From Tubiluchus corallicola (lineage: Eukaryota; Animalia; Priapulida), in the NCBI GenBank assembly GCA_030141605.1, contig JAQGDQ010000349.1, forward strand, positions 1-64,000: a stretch of DNA of 64,000 nt, written 5' to 3'. Shown here piece by piece: positions 47,716 to 62,041 of the stretch. Position 1 is the stretch's first letter. Every line of letters begins with the position of its first letter. A model generated the notes under the pieces. It did not search any database. It saw nothing but the letters and a program-made list of their open reading frames with translations, and had not been told where the DNA came from. Position numbers and translations under genes: made by a program.

Positions 47716-48657
47716 TTAAGGTGTCAAGCGAATGATTCTTTCTGGTGTCCACTTTTTCTGTACGTGGTTTAAACTGACTCTTGGGTACGAGCTGAAACTA
47801 CCCAAATCATTCGTGGATTTAAAATCATCATTTTGGGATATCATTCCTTCGAATCTCGACACCTCGTCGCTGCTAGGAAGCCCAAGATTATCAAAGTTCT
47901 CTCCCTTAATTTCTGGGTTATGAAAGGTATTTAATGAACCTCGATTTTGTTGCACCATTTCTGTTGGTCCTGTGAACCCGATGATACCGTGGAATTGTCG
48001 GATATCTCCTCTTGGTTCCACTGGCACAGCATCCACAATTTTTCCAAATCCGCCGAATCCTTCATGTGCTGGCATTATTGCATCAAACTCTATATCACTG
48101 GAACTAACTGGTTGTTGCTTCTGCGATGGTGGTGGTGGTGGTGGCAACGGCGGTCTCCGATTGACATTCGGCCGGGATGTCCTGTGTCCAGATATTCGTC
48201 CTGTGCTGAGTGCTGATAAGAAATCCTTGACACCAACATCACTATTATAAGGACTGTAAAACTTTGGTTTGCCCTGAACTAGATCCTCGTCCATTTGTAC
48301 TTGGCCAAACACTGGCCTGGCTTGAGACGTGTGTGGACTGTTCTTTCCTTTCGAGAATACTGGAATGTCCTGAATGTAGTCCCTTCTTGGGACCTGCTTG
48401 TTAAATTTTGGTTTGTTCTTAGACTTATACGGAACGTCGATTCCTTTTGTAACGAGCCGCCAAAACAGGCGCAGTTGAGAACAACTGGGTTCAACTGCAC
48501 CTCGGTATCTGGCGTTTTTTACAAAGTCGTTGACGCTGTTGCGCCTGCCAGAGTTTTTCAAGTGATACTGGGCCAGCTTTCTAAAGTTGAGGGCGCAAGA
48601 ACTGCTTAACATGGAATAAATTAAAGCACCAATAGCAAGAAACACGGACGTCTTCAT
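47716..48657 (-). CDS. Secreted protein, possible neuropeptide/prohormone-like precursor, 313 aa
   Basis: Long open frame with higher GC; signal peptide MKTSVFLAIGALIYSMLSSSCA; GRR and other dibasic sites; poly-Pro. The CDS lies in one exon bounded by an acceptor (ttacttacag, 48869) and a donor (gcg|gtaagt, 47690). Confidence 0.8.
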   Translation of the reverse strand: MKTSVFLAIGALIYSMLSSSCALNFRKLAQYHLKNSGRRNSVNDFVKNARYRGAVEPSCSQLRLFWRLVTKGIDVPYKSKNKPKFNKQVPRRDYIQDIPVFSKGKNSPHTSQARPVFGQVQMDEDLVQGKPKFYSPYNSDVGVKDFLSALSTGRISGHRTSRPNVNRRPPLPPPPPPSQKQQPVSSSDIEFDAIMPAHEGFGGFGKIVDAVPVEPRGDIRQFHGIIGFTGPTEMVQQNRGSLNTFHNPEIKGENFDNLGLPSSDEVSRFEGMISQNDDFKSTNDLGSFSSYPRVSLNHVQKKWTPERIIRLTP

Positions 48658-51600
48658 GTTTGTTAAATCGGCGAGCGTATTTGTTCTGACAAAACGAATC
48701 GGTGGCTTACTTTTACACAAATGTTTTCGTGTGTTCTCGAGCGTTATCGAACAATGTACTGCTCCAGAAATTAGCGGACACTAGATTGAAACAGTCAATG
48801 TTTTTCTGCACAGACTTCTGCTTAAAGTTATGCCTCCATCCATCTTGTGTTGCATGCAGTAAAAGTCGCTGTAAGTAAGAAAAATGTGAAAATTAGAAAC
48901 TCTAAAAATGAACACTAATTAACACAGATGTACATTATCCTGACACTGGCGCAGTTAGGCTGTACAATGTGCACTGTTATGCAGTAACTAACCATATGCA
49001 TCTGAACAATCTATTATTCATATTCATCTGTAGAAGTGCATAACGTTTACTGCAACAAAGGAGAACTGCAACGTTAAGGCAATTCTGGCTAATAAAGACA
49101 AAACTAAAACAGTTAAACAGACAACCCTAATGCTAAAAATGACAATAAAACGACAACAGGTTAAGAAGCAAAAGGGCAATAGTAAATGAGTTGCAAGAAA
49201 GACAACAGCAAAAGGACGAAATAGAAAAAACAGTGGCCAAAAGGCATTGAAGACAATAGATTAAAAAAGTCAACGATGGAAGAAGCAGTAAGTGAAAAAG
49301 ACGAAAAAAGTGGATTTTTACGACATAAAGCTTAAATAGACCCAGGCTTGTCAATTTTAAGAATGAAAGCCATTTTGGATGTAAATTTAAACTAATATAA
49401 CTCAACAAATTTGTGAATGTTGTTTATTGCGGTGTATGTATATGTATGTATATGAGCTAATAAAATATTTCTAGTTTCAACCTATCTAGTTTCATTATGC
49501 TAAAACATAAGCATTTAATATTCGATTGAAATATGCTGATTCAAAATATTCTCTAAAATTTAATGTAAAGCAAAGATTAGGCCTGAACCGATAAATGTGA
49601 CGAAAACACGTAGCAAGCTATTTGTTAGCTGTACGTCAAGAATCAAGATATGGAAATTAAACAGACCTGCACACGTACTTGAGCATTTAATATTTTGCGT
49701 TCCATTCCTTAGCCTTTCTAATAATTTCTTAACACAAACAAACTATATAATTTTCAGATAAGAAAGCACAGTGGTGTATTCACATGAACTATCCATTGCA
49801 GTATGGTCAAACGACACAAATGGAAAGTCCAAATAAGGGTGATGTCCTGCATTAAACTAAGTGAGGCCAGTTAGAAGAATGCAAAATGGTATTTTCATGA
49901 AGCTTAACACTGATTCATCGTCTACTTGCACCTATTCTTGTGTGAAGGATAATTTCACCTACACCAACCATATTGTTTAGTATATCTAATGCACATTTCA
50001 GTCCGAGGCTACCGCAGATATTATACCTTTTTGCAGCCATTTGCAAAAGGTACTTGCGAAGCACCTCATGGCGTCAATATAGCTGGCATGACATTTCTTA
50101 CTTTCTTACAACTCTGGCATCATTACAGGTTAATAGAGGTCATAATGTTATGTCTGCGAGGCAGATCTTTAAAAGATATTGGGTTGATTCAGCGACGTCA
50201 ATATTTCACAGTCTTATCTTCACGCAGCAGGGGAGATATTCTGGGAAAAATGCTTACAGAACTTTGACCAAGGCATTAAGTAATTACAAATAGTGAGTGA
50301 GTGAGTTAGTGAGAGAGTGGGTGAGTGAATGGACGTCCATTTCGTTAGACATGTCACTGACAAAAAAAAATAAACAACATTGTCAGGGTCGACAGGATTG
50401 TTGGAGAAACCCAACATTAAATAGTCTTCGTCAGATAAGAAATTGCAAATTCTAATCGTAAGACGTCTATTCTTCAAAAATTTAATTACGAAAAGTAACA
50501 TTTTGGCTCGAGTGCCAGACTAATAATCCTTCTTTCCTTCTTTTTCAATGATCACAACTTTAGCTTTGTACAAAGACCAAATCCTCTCCTTTAAGCACGC
50601 ATTAGCGATGTTTAACAACACACTTTCCTCCCAAAATCCCATATGTTTCGTCATAAAGGGTGCCATACATCATTGTCTATAGTTTGTTAGTTATTTGCAA
50701 ATTTCGAAAAGCTGAATATAGTTCTGTCATGGTAAATGGCACATTGTACCATGCATTCGTCATCTAGTCCCTGTTAATGCCCTGTACTTCATTTTCCACA
50801 TATTGAAACTATATTTTTACCTTGTAGATACGTCCCCTTAAAAATATTTCATACAAAACGGTGCATTTATCATCTTCCTTTATCTAACATTTGCTATTAA
50901 CTTTCAAAATATTAATTCATTATTAACATTTTCTCGAAACACTTTTCTATATGTTTTCCAAAAATCATTATATAAGAAAATTTAAATTGTCTTACAACAC
51001 GAACCCGCAAATTTAACAGCACGGTCCGCTACTAATGCGGCATGACAGTAATTTGGACATTAAAAATAGTCATCAATGATCACATGCTAAAGCAGCAGAG
51101 CTATCTTAGCGACGTTCAGAATCAGGTGAGTTCACATATTCTCGCAATGAGATAAACAGACAGTGGCAACACTCACTTAAACAACAGAAACTATGTTCAC
51201 CTATCGCAGTCAATCCACTACCATGACCACTCATCTATATCACTCTCACTTCGATTAAGCCTAGCGTGTAACTGCGGCTTAATGGTGCACTGTACAACAG
51301 TTACACGGACTGAGTATAACATCATAATATATAACATCATATAACGTCTGCATTCGCCCGGCATTCATTTTACATTCTAAGACGGCTAATAACGAACGAC
51401 GAAAGTACGGTAGCACAAAAGCGTCAACGCGAATCAAAGCAAACGGTCCATCTTTGATGCATGGACGTCACGCAATGAGCTAATGTAGCCGGACAGGCGA
51501 ATAAACAGAAAATGAATAGATGGCATACATGAAGCCATACATACATAATTATAACAATGGTAAAAAGCTTCTTCCCCAAACAATCTCACGGCGGTGCCTG

Positions 51601-52877
51601 GGGGCAGCTGGGCATGTAATTAAGAGCTGACCTAGGGATAATGTAATGTTGAAAATTATTCTAGTAGTGTACTTTAGTACAAGTCAAGTCGCTTTTCACA
51701 TTCGTGGTGCAGCATTTAGTTTGGAGATATACAGGGTTGTCTAGAAAAAAATGCCTTACACATTAACTCGTAGTCTTTCATCTGATAGGGACAAGTGAGA
51801 CTCACATCATGGTGTGGCGGTTTCTTTTCTTTCCTAAGAGGTATAAATTTCCCTCCATAACTCTCCCATCCGCTAAAACGTTGTTGTACACGACGTTTCT
51901 TTGGGAGCAGCGGAACTCTCGTAGGAACTTTTTGCTCTTTGCCAGAACACCATGTAGAAAAACGTCTTAACAGCGCTTTTGGGTGTCTCGGAGGGAAATT
52001 TATAGCTCTTTGGAGGGAGGAGAAATCAGGCTGCGCCACGACGTGGCTCTCTTTTTACTAATGCTTTCACCAGAATAAGGGCGACGAGTTAATTTAGAGG
52101 AATGTTTTTCTGGCCGACCTGAAACATTTTAATTATTGGCAAATGACGAAATTTTCTTATCCCGCCTCCACACTTAATGTTTATAGCACAATTGCGTTGT
52201 GACGACTTCCCTAAACCAGCATGTTGATTCTCTCTTCTCTTTTGAACAGAATGCGAGGCGAAACGCAAAAAGTTAATAACCCGTAACGGCTCTATCGCCG
52301 AGAAGTCTCGATCATGACGAAAAGAGATTTGTCTCTGTTCAGCGTAATGTCTCCGGAGACCTCTTAAACAAAAATTCTATTAGAAACGGATAAAGAGTGC
52401 TTGCGTTTGATGGATTCCCTCACGGTGGCTATTTTGCTGTTTGTTTTCCTACTTTGAGTGTGGGTGAGTAGTAATCCTAAAACATCTGTAACGCTGTTAT
52501 GTACGCAGATGATGTGATGCACAGAGTATGATAAAATCAAACGTTTGTTATTTACATCTTAAACTTATGCAGTTTGCCACTCTGCAGTAAAATGTATCTC
52601 GCATGCAAACGTGGGAAGGAGGAGGTGGCTGATCTTACTTATGATGCTGTGTCTATAGTAAGGATAATTCTGAACTGGTAGGAGTGCCTTAATCAGTTTT
52701 ACATACAACGTTCTATGTATCAGCCCTCAATGAAAGAAATAGGCAATGGTGGTAGCATGGTGATGAAACCGCCACGTGGAAAGTGTTTTCCTTGTTGACA
52801 GTGGACACCTGATCAATTACTAACTAGCCCGTTGTTGCTTAACTATCACAAAACGGTCGAATGCCCGATCGTTTATT

Positions 52878-53299
<422 letters not shown>

Positions 53300-53780
53300 T
53301 TACTGACCATAAAAATATTATTTACAATCTTTGACAAGAATAGCAGAATTGCAACATTTCATAGTCCCAAATTTTCTAGTTTTCAGAAAACAGCAACATT
53401 ATTCAAAGATTAAAAAGTTCACAATAAAAAATTTTCATTTAGTATCAGTAAAAAAAGATACGATGTTGACTGAGCTGAGGTTACAGAAATTTACAGAATT
53501 GTAACACGTAATACAATATTTTGCTGGCGGGGAAAAGATTATTTGTAATAGAAACATTTTGCACCCAAGACAAGAAACTAGATCTATGATGAAAACGTAC
53601 TCCCGGCTATTAGTAGTTCAGAAGAATGCAGCAGCAGTTACTAAGCCTACTCAGCTTAAGTTCACAATACAAATTACAAACTAATAAAGAAAGGCTTAGT
53701 GATCTTTTTAATCATTTTCATGGGTCTAAACAGTTAATTATGAAAATATATTTCCGGATATGTGTATATGTATGTATATA

Positions 53781-53947
<167 letters not shown>

Positions 53948-54029
53948 TCTAGCACGCTTTACAATGGTTACAAGTGAGTACAAAATACATCAAGAAAATA
54001 AAAACGGGTGTACAAATTCTAGAACCTGT

Positions 54030-54230
54030 GTAAGATGTTTTCTGATAGCTCTAAACAAAGAACTAGCATGAAGTGTAAAGCACAGAGGCCCAAGGCAGTT
54101 GCCTTGTGAATACCCATGATCGAAATTCAAGCTGATCGATCTGCTGCTATACCGACTGATACCGACTGAGACTTACTGTTAAAGTAGGGCTCAAACTTCT
54201 TTAAAATAGCACCATCTATTCTGAAATCCT
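54030..54230 (-). mobile_element. Degenerate LINE (L2/CR1-group) reverse transcriptase fragment
   Basis: The minus strand reads HGYSQGNCLGPLCFTLHASSLFRAIRKHL, resembling the RT motif GVPQGS.LGP.LF.LY. A MYADDV remnant also occurs on + at ~52498. Confidence 0.55.
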
Positions 54231-57200
54231 TTTATTTAGTGTAAATCTGTCAGAAAGTTGGCTTCTCTTACTCTAGTGGGGAAACCTAATATCACAATAG
54301 ATAAAAACACAACAGTGTACATAACAACTGGTTCTTTCTATTAGAAATGTTTCGAATGTCACCCTCATTCATCCTCAACTGATACAACAGAAGTGTGAAA
54401 AGAAAATACATGGAAGGAAAAATATACAAAAACACCGAATAAAGTTGCCAAATTAATGAATAAATACAGCGTGATTTTATGCATCTGTTGTGTTACTTGA
54501 CCGAAAAGGGACAGCAGGTGACGATCGAGTTATTTCCAATAGAAGGATATGGCTGTTCTACATTGTCTTTGATATTTCTGTTTATTGGGAAAGTCACATT
54601 TTAGTTATCGTTTTATCGCTTCATCTACCAACCCCGGGGCATTGTAGGTATTGCATAATCCATCATTTTATAATATTTTAGTTGCCTAATCATCGTCGTG
54701 GCAACGGCAATGGTTTACCGTCTGGATTGCATTTAATAATGACCTTACAATGAAAGCCAAAGTTGTAATTTCCGATTCCGCGAAAGTGATGTTTATTCTA
54801 ATACGTATCAACTATCAATAACTCTTACTCTGCATTTGCAACTGCTTCTATCAGATTGAATTGTTGTGGATGTTTTATATATTGCAAAACGGTCATTTTG
54901 GTCTTCAAGTGTATGAAACTATAACACTCTGCAATACATTGCAGAATCTTAATGAAAGTCATTTAACTTTGCATTACAAAATCCGAGCAAACAAGAAACT
55001 GCTGAGGGCTTATTTGGGAGTTTTTGTGAGTAATTAATTAAGCGATTGTGAAAAAATATATAGAGCTGGATATTAATAAGAAATATAATTTTTTTTGGCA
55101 TTTGCCGCAACTTAACGATGAGAAAGAAACTTAGACATAATTCTTGGTTCATTTATCACTGAAGTTTATATATATATATAATATGCAAAGTTATATATAC
55201 AATATATATAATGGAAAGTTAAATGACTTTCATTAAGATTCTGCAATGTATTGCAATGTATATATATATATACGCCAGATTATTTTATTACCTAACTAAC
55301 AAATTAATTAGCCAGTTCGTTTGCATATTGATAGGTTGGTTGGTTGTTTAGACTATTTGTTTGTTTGTTGGTTGGCTGAGTGGCTTGTTGGGTGGCTAGT
55401 GGCTTTGCCTTCGCGTATCTTTTACCTATATATAAATTTATTTGAGTTTGAGCCAGGGCCTATCAGGGTCAGTCGCGAATGGGAGCTTAAAGTCAAGCTG
55501 AGTTTTTACTATAATATAAGCTTTTACAAGTTAAAATCTTACTGTCATTACGAATATTCAATTTATTTTATTATAAACTTGCTGTAAAACTTGTTTCTTT
55601 TGATTTTTTATCACTTCGTTGTTAGCGGTATTAAATTTGAAAAACTGCCATTTTTCGTAGCGCTAGACGAATGACGTTAAGAGTACAGTCATGAGGTCAC
55701 CAAAGATCGAGAAAACAAACAACGGTAACTAAAGGAGCTTTCTGTTCCTCGTACGTCATTCTCGCTCTCTCGCGCCAAAGACGCGAAACATGGCGGTATT
55801 TACGGCAATGCACGCGTTTGAAATTCGCCAGAAAACGGCGAATTATTTAATTTATAAATCTCTTTTGTTTAATAATAACTATGAATTCTTTGGGTAATCT
55901 TAATAATATGTTAAAATACTTGAATGTCAGTAGGAGTTATATAGGACTTTGGAGACAATCGATCATTATTGCTAATCAAAGTAAGCGTTAGCGATTTTTC
56001 AAAACAAATCAGTTTTCTACACCATGATAGTCTCATTCCATTAACTCTGTTCACAGAGCCTCTTTTATGCTGTTCAAATAACTGGTGATTGGTTGGTCAA
56101 TGGTCATGTCGAATGGTCAGATGATTGGTCATATTATAGAATGTAAATGGGTATGGGTATGTGAAGATAAATCCTGGGCCGGCTCTAGGCAGTTGGACGT
56201 CTTTGACTCTTCAACCGTCAACCGCTTCCCCCACAGAGCCAATGCATTCACCTACAAGGTTGAATTTTTGTTGCATATATTAAAGTATAATGGTACTTGT
56301 TTGTTGGGCCTAAACATGTACTATAGTGTACAAATTAACTGTAGTTAATTATCTCCTACAGCTATATTTGAAATTGACCTCATTGTACGTCCCGTGTGTT
56401 CAGGAGCAATCAAAATTTCTACAATTTCTAGTGCGCAGTCTTCATGTACATACCTTTAGATTGATTTTCCTTCAGCCTTTTCATTTGAAATTTTTTTTGA
56501 AACTGAGTCTGACTCCTGTTTTTCACACTACATCCATTTCACTAGTATCATCATCTTCACAACCATATAACTTTGGTCTGGTTGCAAATACTTCATTTAA
56601 AATTATGTTGCTGTTCAATGTCCGCCAACTTTTTTACTTTTAGTTTCGTGTATTACACTCCCGGAGGCTTCGATTTTTATAAGTTATCTGCCATAATTAG
56701 ATGAATGCTAATGCAAAAAACTTTTTTATCAACGGAAGAAGTCGTTACTTCGTCTGCTACCCTATGCATACGTATATAAACGTGGGCAAGAACTTGGTAA
56801 CGCTTCAGTCACCAATAACTGTGACATTGATTATGCTAAACGTAAAAATTAAGGAATTAGTTCATTCTTGCGTTCTTGGCAACTGCCTTGTTTGCCTAAT
56901 GGTAGAGCCGACCCTGGACAAATCACTTTATTATACTGGGGAGGTAAGCGTGTACCTACTGGCGACGATAGAATCAGCATGGTTTATTCATGCAGTGCTT
57001 CATTGAATGAAGTCAAATTAATCACAGCTAACCGCTCAGTGTCTTATCGCAGTTTATTACTTGAAACTGCCACTGAATAATAAGTTACTTCAAATTAATT
57101 AGTTTAATTAAGTCACCCTTACGTAAGACTATGTGTTATCCTTTAGCACACTGGCGATTACTCTAAAACACAAATTTTCTGTTACAAATTTAGAGGCTAC

Positions 57201-58172
57201 AAGACGTCATTAGACATTTAAACCTACAATTTATCGTTCAAAAGATCACTACTTGTATTTGTTACAAACAAGCGTTTGTTTATAACCTAGTTATAATTGG
57301 TTTCAACTCCTTTAGCTCCACCGGGCGGTAAGTTTCGTTTTAGGCTCGGATCTACGGCGAGAATAAACCGACACGCGAAATTTCAATGCAAAGATTCGTC
57401 GACGGCTTCATTGACAAACCAGGAAACCACTACACACGCCCACGCACTCATACGCTCGAAAGCTTATTGAAGAATGAGAAGAAGGAGTTAGTTTGTTGTG
57501 GAAACAATATCTTCTGGATGACGTAATCATAGTAATGTGATGGAATACATAAAAATAAGGTATCTTGGCCATTAGGCCTGGTAAAATAACAATTGGCATA
57601 TAATAGAAAAAATTAACAGCCTGGTTAATTCCTGATTTGGTGTTTAATTCCTGTTTTTTCTGTAATGATTGTGACTGTGTCTAGATTGTAAACTAAAATA
57701 ATCAAGAAGAAAAGGAAATGCAAACAAAAAGCACATTATTAGTTCGTTATTTTTGTACCGTAATTTATTTATTTCCACGTGCAAAAGTATACTAAAAATT
57801 TAAAACTATGTGTTAAGGCAATTAATTAAGGTATAACTCAGTATATATACAGAATGTTACAGTGCATATACGGTGGAAAGAGACTCTCTTGCAGTCAATA
57901 CAGAGTTATATGTCGGATATTTCCTCTGTTTGAAGACAATAACTGCCAGTGAAAGTTGACATATGAAGAGTAAATGTATACAAAATATAAATAAATAATA
58001 TAAAAAATTCATTTCATCATAGAAAAAGATATAGTTATACAATACAAATACAAATTCGCACGCAAGGGCAGTGTCAAAAACATAGGCTTAATTACATTAC
58101 GCTGAAGCTAGATGTAGCCGCATTCGTTTTTTTTTCTGAAAAGACAGATTTGCTGTCGTTAATTGATTGGGA

Positions 58173-58176
<4 letters not shown>

Positions 58177-58257
<81 letters not shown>
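58177..58257. repeat. (TA)n microsatellite (others at 27648-27695 and 59429-59469)
   Basis: Direct reading. Confidence 0.95.
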
Positions 58258-58261
<4 letters not shown>

Positions 58262-58649
58262 CATCTTTCATGCCAATAGTTTTGAATTTAGAAATGTGAA
58301 ATTTATAATCTTTTGCGCAACTCGTTTCCGAGAAGCAAACGCTCATTTGTTTGCTCTTTTAACTAGCTATAGCGAAGCTATCAACCTTTTTACATCATGG
58401 TCTTCACCACAGCAGATAAAGTATTGGTAGAGATTTGTGGTCAAGAAAAAATGGAGTTTAATCCTATGAACTAAAGTATGTGGAATTCCCAGAGATAGTG
58501 GGTGACAGCCGCACAGAACACTTTCATTTAGAAGAACTAAAAGTGAAGATTGTTGAGCGCTGGGACCAGTAAGAAATCGCCAGCTGTTGAAGAAACGCCT
58601 TTGTCTTAAATTGCTGTGAAAATGGTGGACACACTTCCTTCCTGTAAAC

Positions 58650-59270
58650 TATAAGGAAGACAAGATGATTCTTCATATACTGTCCCATATTCAAGTAGGG
58701 CAAAAAGTAAACATTTTAACACCATTGATACTGGAAAAGCGTTTCTGATAATTAAATAATAAATTAAAATCTTAATTAACGGCGGGCAAACCCACCTATT
58801 GATGGCGTCACTATCCAACATAAATTTTCAACAGCAAAAATATTCCACGAGCATGTTGCACGTATTTCCGAAAGCGAACTTTGGAGTACAGTGCTATTGT
58901 AAGATATTCAGTGTGTTGTACTCGGCAACTTTTAAAATAAATATTCAAATTTCAAATTTATCTCTGTGCTCACGCACGAGCAGTCGAGTGTGTGCTTTAC
59001 GTCACAACTGAACACCTCTGAACAGAGTCGGTGCAACATCTGTTTTTGTGCAATGCGTTTTTGAGATGCAGGCGCTACTGCCCGTCTAACTAGCGAATGG
59101 CGAAATGCATGTAACAACCAAGAACTAGTGAAGCGAAAGCGAAATTACGTTTGCGTGGTAAGATTTTTTTCTAGCAGGTCATTCTTGAGAAAATGAATAT
59201 TCCATTCCAATATTTTAAAGAATAGATTGTTTTAACCTACAGTTTAAGATTCGGTCAGGTTTTCCTTTAA
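58650..59270 (-). mobile_element. Kolobok-like element, copy 3 (most complete)
   Basis: Homologous to copies 1 and 2 (shared AGATGCAGGCGCTA..GCCC.TCTAACTAGC); ends GGTTTTCCTTTAA. Confidence 0.65.
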
Positions 59271-59425
59271 AACTTCTGCATCTTTGGAAAAAATCTAAGG
59301 GAATGAAAAAAAATATCTGATTTTTACACACAAACGTTCGGAACAAAAACGTGGTAATTTTCAAGCGTTTCCGTTATTTTCTCTTATAATATCATGATCA
59401 AGACTTCAGCACATTTTTGCACCAC

Positions 59426-59472
<47 letters not shown>

Positions 59473-61151
59473 CATGAATAAATCGCAAATCATTTTGAAC
59501 TATGTTCTAAAATTTGGTCTTTCAAAGATAAAATCTGCAGAGAACCGCAAAGACTGCAGTTGAGAAAGAGCAAGAATTACTTTCTCTTGACGTACCGGGA
59601 CAAATACAATAGTGACACTATTGTATTCAAATATTAATAGACATTGAGTAAAATAAGTGCATATGCCTGTGTAGTGAACGAAGCCATTATGTCATAGAAA
59701 ACTCATTCATACCAATCCTCAAAATCTCACAAAAGAGATACAGTTGCCACCTAATGCCCACATTCATATTCAAGTCCTTATTTAACTGCTACAATTTATG
59801 CGTTTCAATGAGTTTTCTCAGGTGGCGTGAAGCCAAGGCGTCGTTTTGCGCTAGCAATAAGATAAAGTACAAAAACATACAACGAGTGCGGGCGGAAAAT
59901 TACAACAGTCAGTCATTCTTGAACTAACTTAAGAATCACTATGTTTATTGAGCAACTATGGGTTTTGGCTACTGTACATAGCCATTATCAAACTATAAAT
60001 TAAGCCAAAAAGAAGAATAAATAAAACATTAACGATACAAAGGCGCAAACTGTAACGACAAAAAACAACGGATTAAAATTTAACTTATCAAACTAAACGA
60101 GTTTGTAACGGAATTAATTGCAGAGAAATGTAAGCTTAGCGCTATGGTTCTTCATTATGTAGACCTGGACTAATTGTTTACAATGTTGTGTTATTTTCTG
60201 GTTCTCATGTGTTAAGAAAAAAATGTTACATTTCTCTGCAATTTCTTCCTTTACAACTTCGTTTATTTTGAGAAGCTAAATTATAATCTGTTGTTTCTTG
60301 TTGTTTCAGTTTGTGCCTTGGTATCGTTAATGCACGTCTGCATCAACAGTGCATGAACATGCGAAACAATGCATACAAAGTCTCGTGCTAGACCAAACTC
60401 TCACATCAGCAATTGATCTGTATAGCGATGATGATGCTAGTGGCGGCGGCGATAGCGGTGGTCACAGTGTCAGCAATCATATAATCCGAACATACAACCC
60501 GATAAGAGGCCACTTAACCAAACAGAGAGACTGTCAATAGAACTAGAAGACTCTGAAACAGCTTGTACTCTGAAAGACATAATAACAATTTTTTTAGTTG
60601 CAGGAAATCATGACAGAAGCAAAGCATTGAGAAATGTATTGAATAAAAAACTAAATGATACCATTTCTAAGAAAGTGCAGTCCATCTTCTTAGGCCAGAA
60701 TGAAGCTCACCCAAAGGTGGAAACTTCTACATTTCCTAGAAAAGTGTCAGTGCCAGATCTCACCAGAGAACGGAGTGTTAATCAAAGACGAGAATTTGAA
60801 GGCATAAAATGTAACAGCGGACATCACACTTTAAAAAGATGTTTAGCAGAAAGCTCAAGCATTGGCACGAGTAAGGTTAATTAACGATACTGCTAACTTT
60901 TGTTAAAAATCCTAATGAAGTTGGAGAAGTTCAGCAAAGACGAAACAAAGGGCTGTAAATAATGAATGGACTGTAAATGATGGCAATTATGAACATCAGC
61001 TGGCTGATACATTTAATACAACAGAGAGGAATGTCGTTAATCAACAGGCAACGCCGATCACAGATACAAGCTTAAAATGGAGCCATCAAAATCTACCATT
61101 TTCACCAACGGTGCCTTCCATTATACACCAATACATACCCATTACGAGAGT

Positions 61152-61607
61152 CCTTACCTTAGACCTTAATCAGACAGCATGTTCCACTGGGTTCTATCGG
61201 CGGCTTCTCTTTTGATGTTCTCCCAACGTCTGTTCATAGCCCGAAGGTCTTCTTTGAAAGATCTGCGCCACGTTGTTTGTGGCCGACCTCTTTTCCTTTT
61301 TCCACCAGGTGGTTCCCAGCGTAACGCTATTTTGGAGTGGCGTTGTTCTGGTAGGCGTAGAATATGTCCAGCCAATCTCAGCTTTCTCTCTGCGACTATT
61401 TCCTGCAACCGCCTTGACTGCGCCTGCTGTAGGACTTGGTCGCGATAGGATATTTTTAGGATTTTCCGAAGACATTTATGGTGGAAGACGTCCAGTTTCT
61501 TTGATATCGCTGCTGTGACTTTCCAGGTTTCGCTGGCATAAAGAGCCGTTGGCAGCACAATGGTGTTGTACAAACGAAGCATGATTTTCTTGTCAATTTT
61601 CTTGTCA
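61152..61607 (-). mobile_element. 5'-truncated RTE-clade LINE
   Basis: ORF LRLYNTIVLPTALYASETW...GHILR...KRKRGRPQTTW is typical of the RTE C-terminus; short-repeat tail TAAGGTCTAAGGTAAGG; 11-bp TSD ATTACGAGAGT (61141-61151 and 61608-61618). Confidence 0.92.
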
Positions 61608-62041
61608 ATTACGAGAGTGGTAAGTTGAAAAAACAATTCTGAGTGTCACATTTCTATGACTTAGTGGAACAACTGCAACGGTGTTAGAAATAACGAAATC
61701 AGATACCTTCAATGTTTCGTATTAGTGTAAATAGCACAACTGGCAGTTTAGTGCGTCTCAGTGAAACTAATACCAGTCTATTTTTATTTGCAGTGCTATA
61801 AAATGTGGATTAAGTGACCAGTTTGATATCTTCTTATTATACAAAAGTATACTTGATAAAACGGCAATATAAACCTCTGGTGGTTGTGCAGTCATGAATA
61901 CGTAATGTAAAATAAAACTCATACTCTTATTTTTGAAATCTGTGAAGAGACTCGCATCAGTTATAACTGTTTCATGTCAGTTCTTTAATCCACTTTAAAT
62001 AAGTAAACATTATATATAAATCTATTTATAGATAGCATTAC

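Noticed and set aside
55640-55860. CpG-rich patch with an AACATGGCGG (YY1-like) motif
   Set aside because: Could be a promoter or a transposon interior; no linked exon or element ends were identified
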